Assembly (NCBI RefSeq): GCF_036321535.1
Contig: NC_087472.1
Coordinates: forward strand, 94,862,001 to 94,926,000
DNA: 64,000 nucleotides
Direction: 5' to 3'
From: Camelus dromedarius
Lineage: Eukaryota
This document shows, piece after piece, positions 35,239 through 47,300 of the stretch. The notes beneath the pieces were generated by a model. The model searched no databases, was not told the DNA's origin, and was given only the letters and a program-made list of their open reading frames with translations. How positions within the stretch are numbered: position 1 is the stretch's first letter; each line of letters starts with the position of its first letter. The translations under genes were made by a program, and so were the position numbers.

Positions 35239-36226
35239 CTAAATGTGGGAGAAGCTGCTGGACATGGCCTTGAAACAACAGTGCTAGCCCTGGCTGCAGG
35301 TCTAGCCCACGCTCCGGTTCCTCATCTTTCAAAGCCTTTTCATACAATTGTCAGAAAACAGTACAGACAGTATCATTGTCCTTGGCCAAAACCCCCAGGA
35401 CTCTCATCTTGCTGGTTTCAGTGTGGGCTCCCCACAGGGATTCATAGTGGGAAGGATCACTGTTGGGCGCCTGCTGGTATTCCAGGACTGACATTCCAGG
35501 CTGGTATACTCTTCCTGCACCAAATCTTTGGTAGTGAGCTTTTGGGGATCACCAGATATGAAGTACCTTTTGCCATCATGTATCACCAGCACTTTCAGGA
35601 ATTCTTGAATCTCCTCCTCAGTGACATGATTACCCATCATGAAGATCACATCCAGGAAACTTGCCAGACCAGTCTTGGGTGACTTTCTGTCACCACTCAG
35701 ATTCCCATCATTGCTGTTGTCCAATTTGCTGACTAGGCCTTAGGAGTGATTAGTGGGGTTTACTTCAAGTCAAGGCCCAAGACCAGCTTCATTCTCTTAG
35801 AGACTCTTGAGGATCTGAAGGACACGATCCTTGTGTTTTCTCTTGACAGTCTTCAACATGTCTGCCTTCAGAATAGGCTCTTTCATTTTATAATTATCAA
35901 CAATTCTGCCTTCCTGGTGAAAGGATCTTTGTGTGCTCTCCGTGGAGGCTGGGACCTGGGACGTGCTTGTACTTTCTTCATCTTGACTCTTGGCACCTTT
36001 ATCTGTATTTATGCGTGAAACACCTGCAGCAGCAGTGGTGACAGATGGGGCTCTCTGAGACTCTTGGAGAATGACAGAAGCAGGAGGGCTCAGGGGAGCA
36101 CCCTCAGGAACAGGAGAGAAGGGGGGGGGGACTCTTCTGCTGTGTCACATTGGTCTGAATACCCGTGGGACCCTGGGTCTCACTTTGGGCCTCGGCAGAG
36201 AGCTTACTCTTCTGATCCTGAGGCAA
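35239..36226 (-). pseudogene. Full-span MAGE-B pseudogene
   Basis: Start mutated (TTG CCT CAG GAT CAG AAG AGT AAG = LPQDQKSK), then DPFTRKAEL, GNLSGDRKSPKTGL..FLDVIFMMGNHVTEEEIQEFL...[16 protein letters not shown], with frameshifts. Confidence 0.9.
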
Positions 36227-36439
36227 GGTCAGCAAGAGGATTGTGGGCAGGAAAGTAGGTGATGCCAGCACCTGGAGGAAGGAGAATGAGATGGTGTCAA
36301 AACCTTCAGCATAGAGATTCCACTTTGTCTTTAAAGAAGGCCACGTCTGCAGGTTTCCTTAAGGGCCCTGCTCTAGGAACCTGCAAGGCTCTTGTTCTTC
36401 TGGTCAGCTTGCCCTCTGAGAACCCTGTGAAGGAAGTTA

Positions 36440-37790
36440 GAGTGAGCCTTAGGCTGCAGACGGCCAGCCTTGCCTGGAGCTGACTAGGATGGCAGCAGGT
36501 GTTAGCAACGAGGCGCCTTTGGTTTGGAGTGGGGGTTCCTTTCAGTTCACATTTGAAACCATCATATCAACCCTTGGCAGGGCCTGGACTTTCCTTTGCT
36601 GCTCAGTTCTGTGAAGCCCTCTCTGTCCTGGGTTCTTTGGGTCCTCAGTATGATTCAAAGTCTCAACCTTGGCGCCACATAAGACACTCTCCCTTCTGTG
36701 GATCAGTTGCTGCACCTTCAGACTGAGACTCTCACCTCCTTTGGAGATGGTATGAAGTGAGAGGGATCCTCAGTTTGACAGCCCTGCCCTGGGCCTCCAA
36801 GGCTGAAAAAAAGAACAAGGTTGGACTCTTTGATGGTCTTTCTATCCAGGGGTAGGTGGACTCTTCAGTCCTCACTGAGGTTTGTTGGTTTGAATGATGG
36901 CAGGGCCTGGGGCTCCCCTTCTGTGGACCTGTCCCCTCGTAATTAAGACTTGCACCTCCCTGATACCTGATAGCAGGAATTGAAGATCACCTCATATGAC
37001 CACAGCTCAAAACAGGCTCAGACCCTGTACTGGGTGGTCTCACTCTAGGTCCTCACTCAGGATCCAAAATTGGACTTACAGGAGAGCCCAAAATTTCTCC
37101 TTCTGCTGACCTGGAACTACCCTCCTCAGACAAGATCTTCACTTCTGTTACCTCTGAGTGAGGACTGATGGGAATATCTTTCTGATATCTCTGCCTGGGA
37201 CCTCCCAGGGCTGGCAATAAGGAAGATTCTGGACACCCCCAACGATATGAGGTGGTTGGTCCCCACAGTTCTCAGGATGCCCTCCCTTGACTCCTGGTAC
37301 AACTTAGAAATCCTCCTGCTAACCTGAGACACTTCACATCAGATTAAAGTCCTCACTTTCCTGAGACCTCAGAGGTAAAAGAAAGCATGAACTACATGTG
37401 TCCACCCATCCACATCCTCCCTGGTTTGGTAGCAAGGATGAGACTCTTTGTGGGACCCCACTGTTCTGAGGTTGATGGCCCCCTTAATACTCAGTCAGCA
37501 TGTGGATTGCTCCCTCAGCACCCCCAGAGACCTCCAGACTCAGACCAACACCCTCACGTCATTGAGTCCCCTGTGCTAGAAATGAGGTGACATATCTACC
37601 CTAGTCCAGGGCTTCCCAGGGCTAGGAGATGGTGGCACTTTGTGGCTTCCTTCTGCTCCAGGTCGGTGGTCAATCCTCAATCGTCTCTCAGTATCCTCCA
37701 TGTCTTGAATTAAAGCTATCCCCTCATACCAAGTCCCTCAAATTCCCTGAGACCCCCTGGGAAGAAGCGAAGTTTGCATCATCTAGCTAC
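36440..37790 (-). repeat. Decayed MAGE 5' module array of the pseudogene
   Basis: Same cagtcctcactgagg, cagggcctgggg, ctgctgacctg and gaagtga motifs as 6430-7840. Confidence 0.6.
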
Positions 37791-38982
37791 AATTGCCTGT
37801 TGAGGTTAACTGACTTTGCATATAAAAATGACCATATTATCACTGAATATTATCCCTTTCTTTCTGTATTCATACCTCTCATTTATTTTGATATTCTTAT
37901 TGCTCTGATTATAATATTCCAACCTACAACTTTGTATATAGAGTCCTTCTTTTTATTCCCTGAGATACATTTTGGAGCAGTGAGGGTGGGAAAAAGTGAA
38001 TGAAGAGACACAGAGTCGAACTCAGACTGAGAGGACTGGAAAAATGTGCACTTTAGACAAATCTAAACCAGGGATCTAGTCCCAGCTCTATCTTTCACCA
38101 CACTTGTGACTAGAGAAATTTGTAAGTTATTAATCTGTGAAGGGAGACTGCTAAGCCCTATCTTGTAGGAAGATTGGAGTATACACACTGTATTATAAAG
38201 TACATGGCAAACTGATTAGGAAATAGGGGGAGATTAATAATCGGCAGTTATCATACTTATTTTGAACCCCAAAATATCAATCTGCCGGACTTTTTCTTAA
38301 TCCAGTAGATATCAGAGAATATGCAATGTTCTACAACAAACATTCTTTAATAAGCAAAGCATATCCAGGTAGATATATTTAAATATTACAAAAAAAACCA
38401 GTAAAAGAAATAAGCAGACCAATTTTTTAACATGTAATTTTTAAAAATTTTTATTTATTTTTTCCTTCCATTCTGTGATCCCCCAAATTTTACTGTTGGA
38501 TACTTTAATATTTCCATGAAAATCCTGTTCCAATATCATGCATGTTATCTTATTTGGATCATTAACGAAATATTCCATATTTCAATTTATTTTACAAATA
38601 CTAAAATGGTAACTTTCAAACTTTTAAACAGCAAAAAGTATTAGAGTCATGTCATTCATACATTTATATACTGAAGCAAAATAAACCATAGATTAAAAGT
38701 AATAACATTTGAAAAAATACTAAGCATCTCTATCATCTATCATCCAGGTACCTACCTATCACCTATTTCTAACTAGCTGTTACTCATGTGTTAAATGGGA
38801 AAAAAAGATACATATTTTGTTAAAACCACCACCACCCCACGACCCTATTAATTAAAAGGTTGAATGCTCCCTTAAAATTATAGGAACATTTACATTTTGT
38901 CCCCTGGACCTGTACTACCATGCACTACTTAGACGCTTGGCTGATCTCTTAAACACAAAGTGAACAAGCTGCCCCGGCTTCC

Positions 38983-40011
38983 CTAGACCTGGGAGGAGCT
39001 GCAGGACTTGGCCTTGGAACATGCACGGGCCTTGGCACGCGCTGCAGCCCTGACCGCAGCTCTCACCCCAGCTCTCTCCTCCTCATCTTTCAGAGCCTCC
39101 TCATACAGCTTGGGGAAGGCCCTGGGGACCGTACCATTGATCTTGGCCAGAACCTCCAGCACTTTCATCTTGGTGGTTTCAGCGTGGGCCTTCGGGCCCC
39201 ACAGGAACTCATAGCGGGGAGGATCGCTGTCGGGCACCTGGCGGTACTCGAGGTACTTCTGCTGCACCAGATCTTTGGTGATGAGCCTCCTGGGCTCCCC
39301 AAAGATCAAGTGCCTCTTCCCAGGGTGCACCCCCAACGCACCGAGGAACTCCCAGACCTCCTCCTCGGTGGCACGGTTGCCCTTCATGAAGATCACGCCC
39401 AGGAGCGTCATCAGCAGACCAGACTTGGGCAGCCCCCTATCACCACTCAGATTTTCGTCGCTGGGGAGGCCCAGCTTGCAGACCAGGGCATAGGAGTGAC
39501 TGCTGGGGTCGACCTCCTTCAGCTCCAGGCCAAAGACCAGCTCCAAGCGCTCAGAGACTCTCCTGAGGATCTCGGGGAAGTGCTCCTTGTACTTCCTGTT
39601 GACGATCTTCAGCAGGGCTGTCTGCGTGATGGGCTCATTGGTCTTGTACTTCTCCAGCAGGAACTGCATCAACTTGCACGCCTTCCTGGTCAGAGGATCT
39701 CTGAGAGAGCTCTGAGCGGAGCACGCTGCCTGGGAGGCGCTGGCCCTCTCCTCTTGGCTCTGGGCACCTTGCTCAGACCCCGAGCACGCACCCCCCGCCT
39801 CGGGAGAGCTGGGGGCCACGGCTCCCTCAGGCTGCTGGCTAGTGCCAGCGGCAGGGGAGCTCGGGGGAGAAACAGAAGAGGGCGAGGAGGGGGTCTCCCC
39901 CTCTGCTGCGGCAGCTTCAGTGGCCCGTGCACCCTGGAGATTCTGGGTCTCCAACCGGGCCTGGTGGCGCTTTATGCGGGCACGGCACTTGCTCTTGCGC
40001 CCCCGAGGCAT
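38983..40011 (-). CDS. MAGEB6: MAGE-B family protein, MAGEB6-like (copy B), 342 aa, identical to copy A
   Basis: ORF-track translation is identical to 14976-16004. Confidence 0.8.
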   Translation of the reverse strand: MPRGRKSKCRARIKRHQARLETQNLQGARATEAAAAEGETPSSPSSVSPPSSPAAGTSQQPEGAVAPSSPEAGGACSGSEQGAQSQEERASASQAACSAQSSLRDPLTRKACKLMQFLLEKYKTNEPITQTALLKIVNRKYKEHFPEILRRVSERLELVFGLELKEVDPSSHSYALVCKLGLPSDENLSGDRGLPKSGLLMTLLGVIFMKGNRATEEEVWEFLGALGVHPGKRHLIFGEPRRLITKDLVQQKYLEYRQVPDSDPPRYEFLWGPKAHAETTKMKVLEVLAKINGTVPRAFPKLYEEALKDEEERAGVRAAVRAAARAKARACSKAKSCSSSQV

Positions 40012-41531
40012 GATGACACAGGTCAGGGACAGCAGCAGGCAGGACTGCGGGCAGGGAAGCAGGCGAGGAGGACACCTGGAGGAGGGACAGGGAGATGCCT
40101 GAGCACCCTCAGCAGGGAGATTCCTCCCTGGCTCTCACCAAGGCCGCCTCTGCAGGGTCCTTGAGGGCACCGCTCCAGGACCCGCAGGGCTGCGTTCTGC
40201 TGGTCAGCCTGTGCCCTGAGGACGCTGTGGACGACGTCAGACTGAGGCTTGGGCCGCAGCCAGACAGCCCTGCCTGGGCCTTACTGGGGTGACAGTGGGG
40301 GCTGGCAGGGGAGGTAGTTCCTCTCGGTCACATTCAGAGTCCGGATGACAACTGTTGGCAAGACTCCACCCCCTCCCCTCTGCTGCTCTCAAGCTGACTC
40401 TACCATCTCCCATGTGAGCCACGAGGAGGACAAGGGGGAGCACCCAGCCCACCACTGAAGGGCCCGCGACCCTCCCTTCCGCTGTCCGGTGGCTGCCCCT
40501 TCAGAACAGAGGTCTAACCTCCCTTAGACTTGAGAGAGGAAGTGATGGAAGTCTCAGCCTGACAGTCCTTTCCTGGGCTTTTAAGGGTTGACAGGAAGGG
40601 ACAGGCCACATTCTCTGGTCCCTTCTCTTCAGGGTGGGGGACTGGCCTAGTCCTCACTGGGGGTCCTCCCTGGACCGCTGGTGCAGCCTGGAGCTGCTCT
40701 CTCTGGCCTGAGGGCTGTCCACTCCCACCAATGGCAGCACCTCCTGGAGACTCATCTGGGGGAAGGGAGGGTGACTGCGGAGCCCCAGCGGCCAGAGTGT
40801 GACCCAGCCTGCAGCCTGCAGCAGACAGGTCGAGGCCCTGTGGCTGACGCTCGCCCCTCCACACCGTGCCTCACTCGAGCCCCTCCCCTCGCAGACAGCA
40901 GCCTCACTTCTCAGTGTTTGGCTGGCAGGAAGTGGCTGGCGTCGGGGAGGGATCCGAGGGGCCCTTGTTACGGGGAGGGTGGTCTCACAGGCCTGCGGGA
41001 CTCACCCTGAGTCTCCCCAGGCCCAGAAACACCCCCCGCCCCGTGCTGCCAGGCCGCCAGCCCCTCAGACCAGGCCCCGCCTCCCGCCTCCCGCCTCCCG
41101 CCTCTCCGAGCACGAGCACGAGGTGAGGGCGCCCGGCCTCAGCCCTCAGCCCTGCCCCGACCCCCAGGCCGCTGTCAGGAGCACGGTCTGCGGCCCCCGC
41201 TCCCGGGTGTGGGGTCCCCTCGGTGCTCCCGCAGGGTCTCTCCTTCACTCCGGAGGGCCTGGGGCTCCCCCTCTACTGAGCTGAGCCGGGCTCCACCAGC
41301 CTGGGACCAAGGCCTCCTCCCCGGCACCCCGCGGGGAAGTGAGGGGACTCTGGGCCTAACAGCCACGCGGGGTCCTCCGGGGCCCAGAGCAGGGGCGGGA
41401 GGGCACGGCCTGGCGGGCCGCCTCTTCTGGGGGGCAAAGGGACCCGGGGTGTCGGGGGCGTGTCCCCGCCTTCGTAACTCAGGATACCTCACACCTGGAC
41501 ACCTGACAGGACGCGGGGCTCCTCCCTCTGC

Positions 41532-41667
41532 TCACCCTGGGCGGCAGCTCTCAGGAATGGCGTCAGGCCCTGAGTGTGGTGACAGGGCCGTCGCTTTGGC
41601 TTCCGGTCGCGCACATCCGGGCCTCTGGGAGGACAGCAGGGGCGCGGCCATGGGGGCGGGGTTCCGG
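41532..41667 (-). promoter_or_regulatory. Candidate CpG-island core promoter and first exon of copy B
   Basis: Identical to 17525-17660 (GC box, two ETS cores, splice donor). Confidence 0.55.
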
Positions 41668-42326
41668 GGGAGAGCCGGCGGGTCGAGGAGCGTGTGCACC
41701 TTCCGTGGGCTCTCAGCGGGTCCTGGGGCTTCTCCCTCTGCTGAGCTGAGTCCGCTGGGCGCAGACCGTGCCTCTCACTTCCCTCGGGTACCCCAGCAGG
41801 AAGTGTTTGGGGCCTGAGCCTAGCAGCCATGTCTGGGGCCTTCAAGACTGACAGTCGGGAGCTCTCTGGGCCCCTCTTTTTGGTGGGTGCTCCTCTCAGT
41901 CCTCTCTCAGGGTCTTCCCTTGACTGCCAGCAGGTGCTGGTCTACCTCCCATCTGCCGACCCGAGGCCAAGGCCTCAACATCAAACACATCAGCTCCCTG
42001 AGCCTCCTGGTGTGAAGTGCAGGTACATCTCATCTGGCCACACCTGCCTGGAGCCTCCTGATGCTGAGGTGAGGAGGATGGCGGGGAGACTCTGTGGGAT
42101 CCCATGTCTTCTTTGGAGTGGAGCCGCTCAGTCCTCACACTGACTGCTGGCAGGGCCTGGGGTTCCTTCCTGCTCTGGCATGAATCTATCCCTGTCCCCA
42201 ACCATGGCCCTCAAAATCCCAGAGGAGTTAGTAAAGGGGCTCCTTAGCCTGACAGTTCTCTTTGTTGACATCAGGTGCATAATCCAAAAGTTTCAAAAGT
42301 GAATTTCTGTCCTTATGTGCATTTGC

Positions 42327-43395
42327 TGTTGTCAACGAAAATAATCAATAAACAATCTATACTAGGAATAGAAAAAAGTTTTACTGAAGCCAAACTGAGG
42401 GCTATTATAGCCTGGAAGACATCTTCTCAGATAACTCTGAGGAACTGCTTCATAGAAGCATGGTTTTCAGCACAGTTTCATGACTTGTCAGAACAGAAAA
42501 CATCAAACAATTCGGAGATTCAATTCTTCAAGGTTTCAGTAAAAATAGATCAGCACATATACAGTGAATCAGTATGACTTGACATTTGGGAAGGGAGTCT
42601 TATTATCAAAGCAGTACCAGCCTTGGCATCTCAGGAAGGGAGGCATTTAATCTTTATTTTTAACATGGGCATTTTCTACCTCTGGTCAGTGCACCCTGTT
42701 TCTTTAATAATTAAAGCAGATGTACAACATATATTTGATAGGCCCCAATTAGGCTGTTTTAGTTAGCATAAAATTCAGATTAAGTCATGTATAAGTCAGA
42801 ATGACTTGTCCATTCTTCTGTTACTGAATTCAGATTCGGCTGCTCGCTGCTCAAAAGCTAATAATTCGAGGTGCAAGTCTCAGTAGAAACGAAAAGTCCT
42901 TTAATCAGAAAAGCTAACAATCTAGGGAGATGGTAGACTCCTATCCAGAGATCAGCTCCTAAGATTCTTCTCAGCCATAACAGTTTTTAAAGGAAAAATT
43001 GGGGGGAAGAATCTCAGTTACTCATCAAGGCAGGAGGTTGAGTTCCACCTTATTCTCCTTTGCGTGCATACTAGCTGACTCTCCCTTCAGATGTGATCTT
43101 GCTGGAGTGATCTGCCTGCAGGATTGCTGAGGGGGCTGTTGGGAGTAGAGAGCTAATCCTTCTTCAACTGCTTCATTTTTCATTCTTTCTTCTTTTTATC
43201 TAGGAAAAGAATCAACAAGTTAGGCAAGGCATGGTGTGCACTTAGGATAGCACAAATCCAGAGTTAGTTTCAATTGCTTAGTGATCTCCTTCTTATGATT
43301 AGGTTCTTTTAAGGTTAGAGAAGAACAGAAATAGGTGAACAGGAAAGGGTCAAAAGAGCTACATTCACCTCAATGTGTGAAAATTTCTTTTCTCA
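42327..43395 (-). mobile_element. Solo ERV LTR with a second LTR nested at ~42819-43363
   Basis: TG...CA bounded; absent from the homologous site near 18325-18340. The inner element is TGTTACTGAA...GAGCTACA. Confidence 0.65.
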
Positions 43396-44379
43396 GTGTG
43401 ATATTTCTATTCTATTTTAGTCCATGCCTGATAGCCTGTTAAGATGATAATTTAGAAAGGCCAGTCATCCACTAACGAATTTTCAGATGGTTATTAACAC
43501 AGCCTGTGGACTGTACTGCCATATCCAACCCAAACTTTGATGCTGTCCTGATATTACCCCGTGGTCCTGCCATACAAGCTCTGAAATGCTGCCTCAGATT
43601 CCTTCAGTCAAATAGTAGAAATTCATCATCCCAAGGCACATTGGAAGAATCAAGGGCCAAACTTTAAAGCCTTTTCTCCAGTCAATTCTGTCATCTGCCT
43701 CTCTTGCAGGTACAGACCTGTTTCAACTGCAGGGCGTGCCCCCACCTGCCGGCACATGGATTCTAGTTCAATGGAGACTTCTTGTCCCTCAAGGATTACT
43801 TAGTTTTTGTGTTTCTGCTTTCGTTAATGTCTTTTCTTTATTTCTTTTAAATTTTTCTGTGGTTGATATAGGTCACAGGAAACAGCAGCCATGGTTTGAT
43901 TGTTATCTCAGCTGCTATGGGTAAGGTATTAAATCTGTAAATGAATTAAGGAGAGTTGATATTCTTAGAATATCTGTTCCTCACGAATACATACAATATA
44001 TGGTTCTAGTTGAGAATTCTTTTTCCTAAGTCTATTAGGAAACTCTTATTATTGCCTCCATAAAGATTGTATACACTTTTATAAGATTTCTTTCTAGGTA
44101 CATTTTTTATATTGTTGCTGTTGTCTGTGGTATAAATTCCATTGCATGATCTAAGTAATTGTTGATTTTTTTGAGGCCAGTTTCCTGATTTTGCTTTGAT
44201 CTTTTTTACCAGGTTTCTGAAGTTCCTTATATGTTTGACTATTTCTCTGTGCTTATTCCCTTGGATTTTTAGTTAGAGGAGCAAATTGTTACCATTACTA
44301 TCTTTTGCTTTTCATTATTCATAACTTATTTTTTTATATTCTTGTATATAGCTCTGTACTGGGTATATATTCTTGTCCA

Positions 44380-47300
44380 TATTTTTTTCTAGTTTTTTAA
44401 TTAATAGACTTTTTTAAAGAACAGATTTAGGATTACAAGAAATTAAGCAAATAGTACAAAGAGTTCCCATATAGCCACTGTCTTCCTCCGTTAGTGTCTT
44501 CTATTATTCACATCTTGTATTGGTTCAATGAATACAAGTTCATTTGTTACAATTGATAAACCAACATTTATACATTATTATTAACTATTGGCATTATTTA
44601 CATACAGTATGTTTTACTTTTTGTGTTTTACAGTTCTATAGTGGTTGACAAATGCATAACGTCACCTACTCACCAACACATCATCATGCAGGAGAGTTTC
44701 ATTGCCCTACAAATCCCCCCTGCTTCTCCTGTCCATCACTCAAAACCTCACTTTGAGCCCCTGACAACTACTGAACTTTTTACTCTCTCTAAAACTTTCA
44801 CTTTTCCAGAATATAATATTGATGGAATCATACAGTATATAGGCTTTTCACACTGTCTCCTTTTGCTAATCAGTAAGCATTTAAGTTTCTCTATATCTTT
44901 TTGTGATTTGAAACATCATTTCTTTTCATGGCTGAATAGCATTCCATCATGTGGGTTACCACAGTTTGTTTACCCATTCACCTACGGAGGGTCATCTTGG
45001 TTGATTCCAGTTTGGGGCAATCATGAATAAGACTACTATTAACATTTGTGTGCAGGTTTTTGGGTGGACATAAGTTTTCAGCTCGTTTGGGTAAAGACCT
45101 AAAAGTTCAATTGCTAGATTATATGGTAAGACTATGTTTTGCTTAAAATAAACTGCTAAGTTTCCAAAGTGTCATATCACTTTGCATTCCTTTCAACACT
45201 GAATGAGAGTTTCTGTTGGTCCACATTCTTGCCAATATTTGATATTGTCAGGTGTTTGTTTTTGTTTAAGCCATATTAATAGGTATCTTGTTGGTTTAAT
45301 CCCAAATTCCCTAAAGACATGTGATGTTGATCATCTTTTCATATGCTATTTGCCATTTGTATATGTATTTTTGGTAAGGTGTCTGTTCAGCTCTTTTAAC
45401 CATTTTTAAATTAATTTGTTTGCTTTCTTATTGTTGAGTTTTGAGAATTCATTGTATGTTATTGATGCAAATCTATCATCAGATATGTGTCTTACAATTA
45501 TTTTTTCCCAGTCTGTGGCATGTCTTTTCATTCTCTTAATAATATCTTTTGCAGAGTAGTTTTTAATTTTAATGAAGTTCAACTTGTTTTTTTCCTTTCA
45601 TGAATTGTGCTTTTGGTGTTCTATCTAAAATCTCATTGTCAAATCCCAAATTTTTTCCTATAATTGCCTTCTGGAATTTTTTTAGTTTTGAGTTTTTCAT
45701 TTAGGTTTATGATCCATTTTGAGTTAATTATTTTGAAAGGTGTAGGGTCTGCATCTAGATTCATTTTTCTTGTATGTGGATGTCTAGTTGTCCCTGCACC
45801 ACGAGTTTAAAAGACCATCCTTTCTCCATTGGATTGCTTTGGCTCCTTTGTTGAAGGTTAGTTGACTATTTGTGGGGATCTATTTTTAGGTTTTCTATTC
45901 CGTGGCATTGATCTATTTGTCTGTTCTTTTGCTAATACAATACTGTCTTGCTTATTGTAGCTTTAAAGTAAAATTTGAAATCCAGTAATATCAGTTCTCT
46001 AATTTTTTTCTTCAGTATTGATTTGAGTTGGCTATTCTAGGTCTTTTCATTTTTCATATACTTTAGATTCAGTTTGTTGAAATCTACAAGATAACTTGCT
46101 GGAATTTTGAACAGAATTGCATTGAGTATATAGATCAAGTTGGGAATAACTGATATCTTAACAACATTGCATCTTCCTATCTGTGAACATAGAATGTCTA
46201 TTTATTTAGATTTTCTTTAATTTTTTTTTGGTGAAGTTTTTCAGTGCTAATGTAAGTGGTATTAGGTTTTTAATTGCCAATTCTAATTGCTTATTGGTGG
46301 TGTACAGGAAAACAATTGACTTTTGTATATTAACCTTGACTTATTAATACCAGGAGTTTTGTTGTTTTTATTGATTACTCGAGATTTTCTACATAGACAA
46401 TCATGTCATCTCTGAACAAAATAGTTTTATTTTTGCCTTCCAAATCTGTATATCTTTTGCTTCCTTCTCTTTTCTTATTGCATTGGCAAAGAATTCCAGT
46501 ACAGTGTTGAACAGGAGTGGTAAGAAGGGATATCCTTGCCTTGTTCCTAATCTTAATGTGAGAGCGTCTGTTTTCTCACTTTTAAGTATGATATTTTAGC
46601 TTAGCTGTTTTTAAGATATTCTATATCTAGCTGAGGAAGTGCCCCTCTATTTCTAGTTTGCTGAGAATTTTTATCATGAATAGGTGTTGGATTTTATCAA
46701 ATATTTATTTTTTCTTTGTCTATTGATATGATCATCTGATTATTTTCTTTAGCCTATTGATGTGATGAATTATGATTATTTATTTTCAAATATAACCAGC
46801 CTTGCATACCTGAAATAAGTCCCACTTAGTTGTCGTATATAATTCCTTCTATACATTGTTGGATTCTTTTGCTTATATTTTGTTGGGGATTTTTGCATCT
46901 ATGTTTGTGAGAGATATTGGTGTGCAATTTTTATTTAATTTAATTTCTTTATCTGGTTTTGACACTACAGTAATGCTGGCCTCATAGAATGAATTGGGAA
47001 GTGTTCCCTTTGCTCCTGTTTTCTGGAAGAGATTGTAGAGAATTGTTATCATTTCTTCCTTAAGTTTTTGTTAGAATTCATCAGTGGAACCAACTGGGCC
47101 TGGTGTTGTCTTTATTGGAAATTTATTAATTATGGATTAAAATACTTTACAGGATACAGACCTATTCAGATTATCTATTTCTCCTTGCAAGAGTTTTGGT
47201 TTATATCTTCAAGCAGTCAGTCAACTTAATTTATCAAATTTGTGGGCATAGAGTTATTTATAAAAATATTCTTTTATTATCCTTTTAATGTCCATGGAAT

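Larger units (their letters stand above)
38902..42260. repeat. Near-identical 3,359-bp tract, copy B
   Basis: Matches 14895-18253; differences at 39328 and 39580. Confidence 0.95.
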
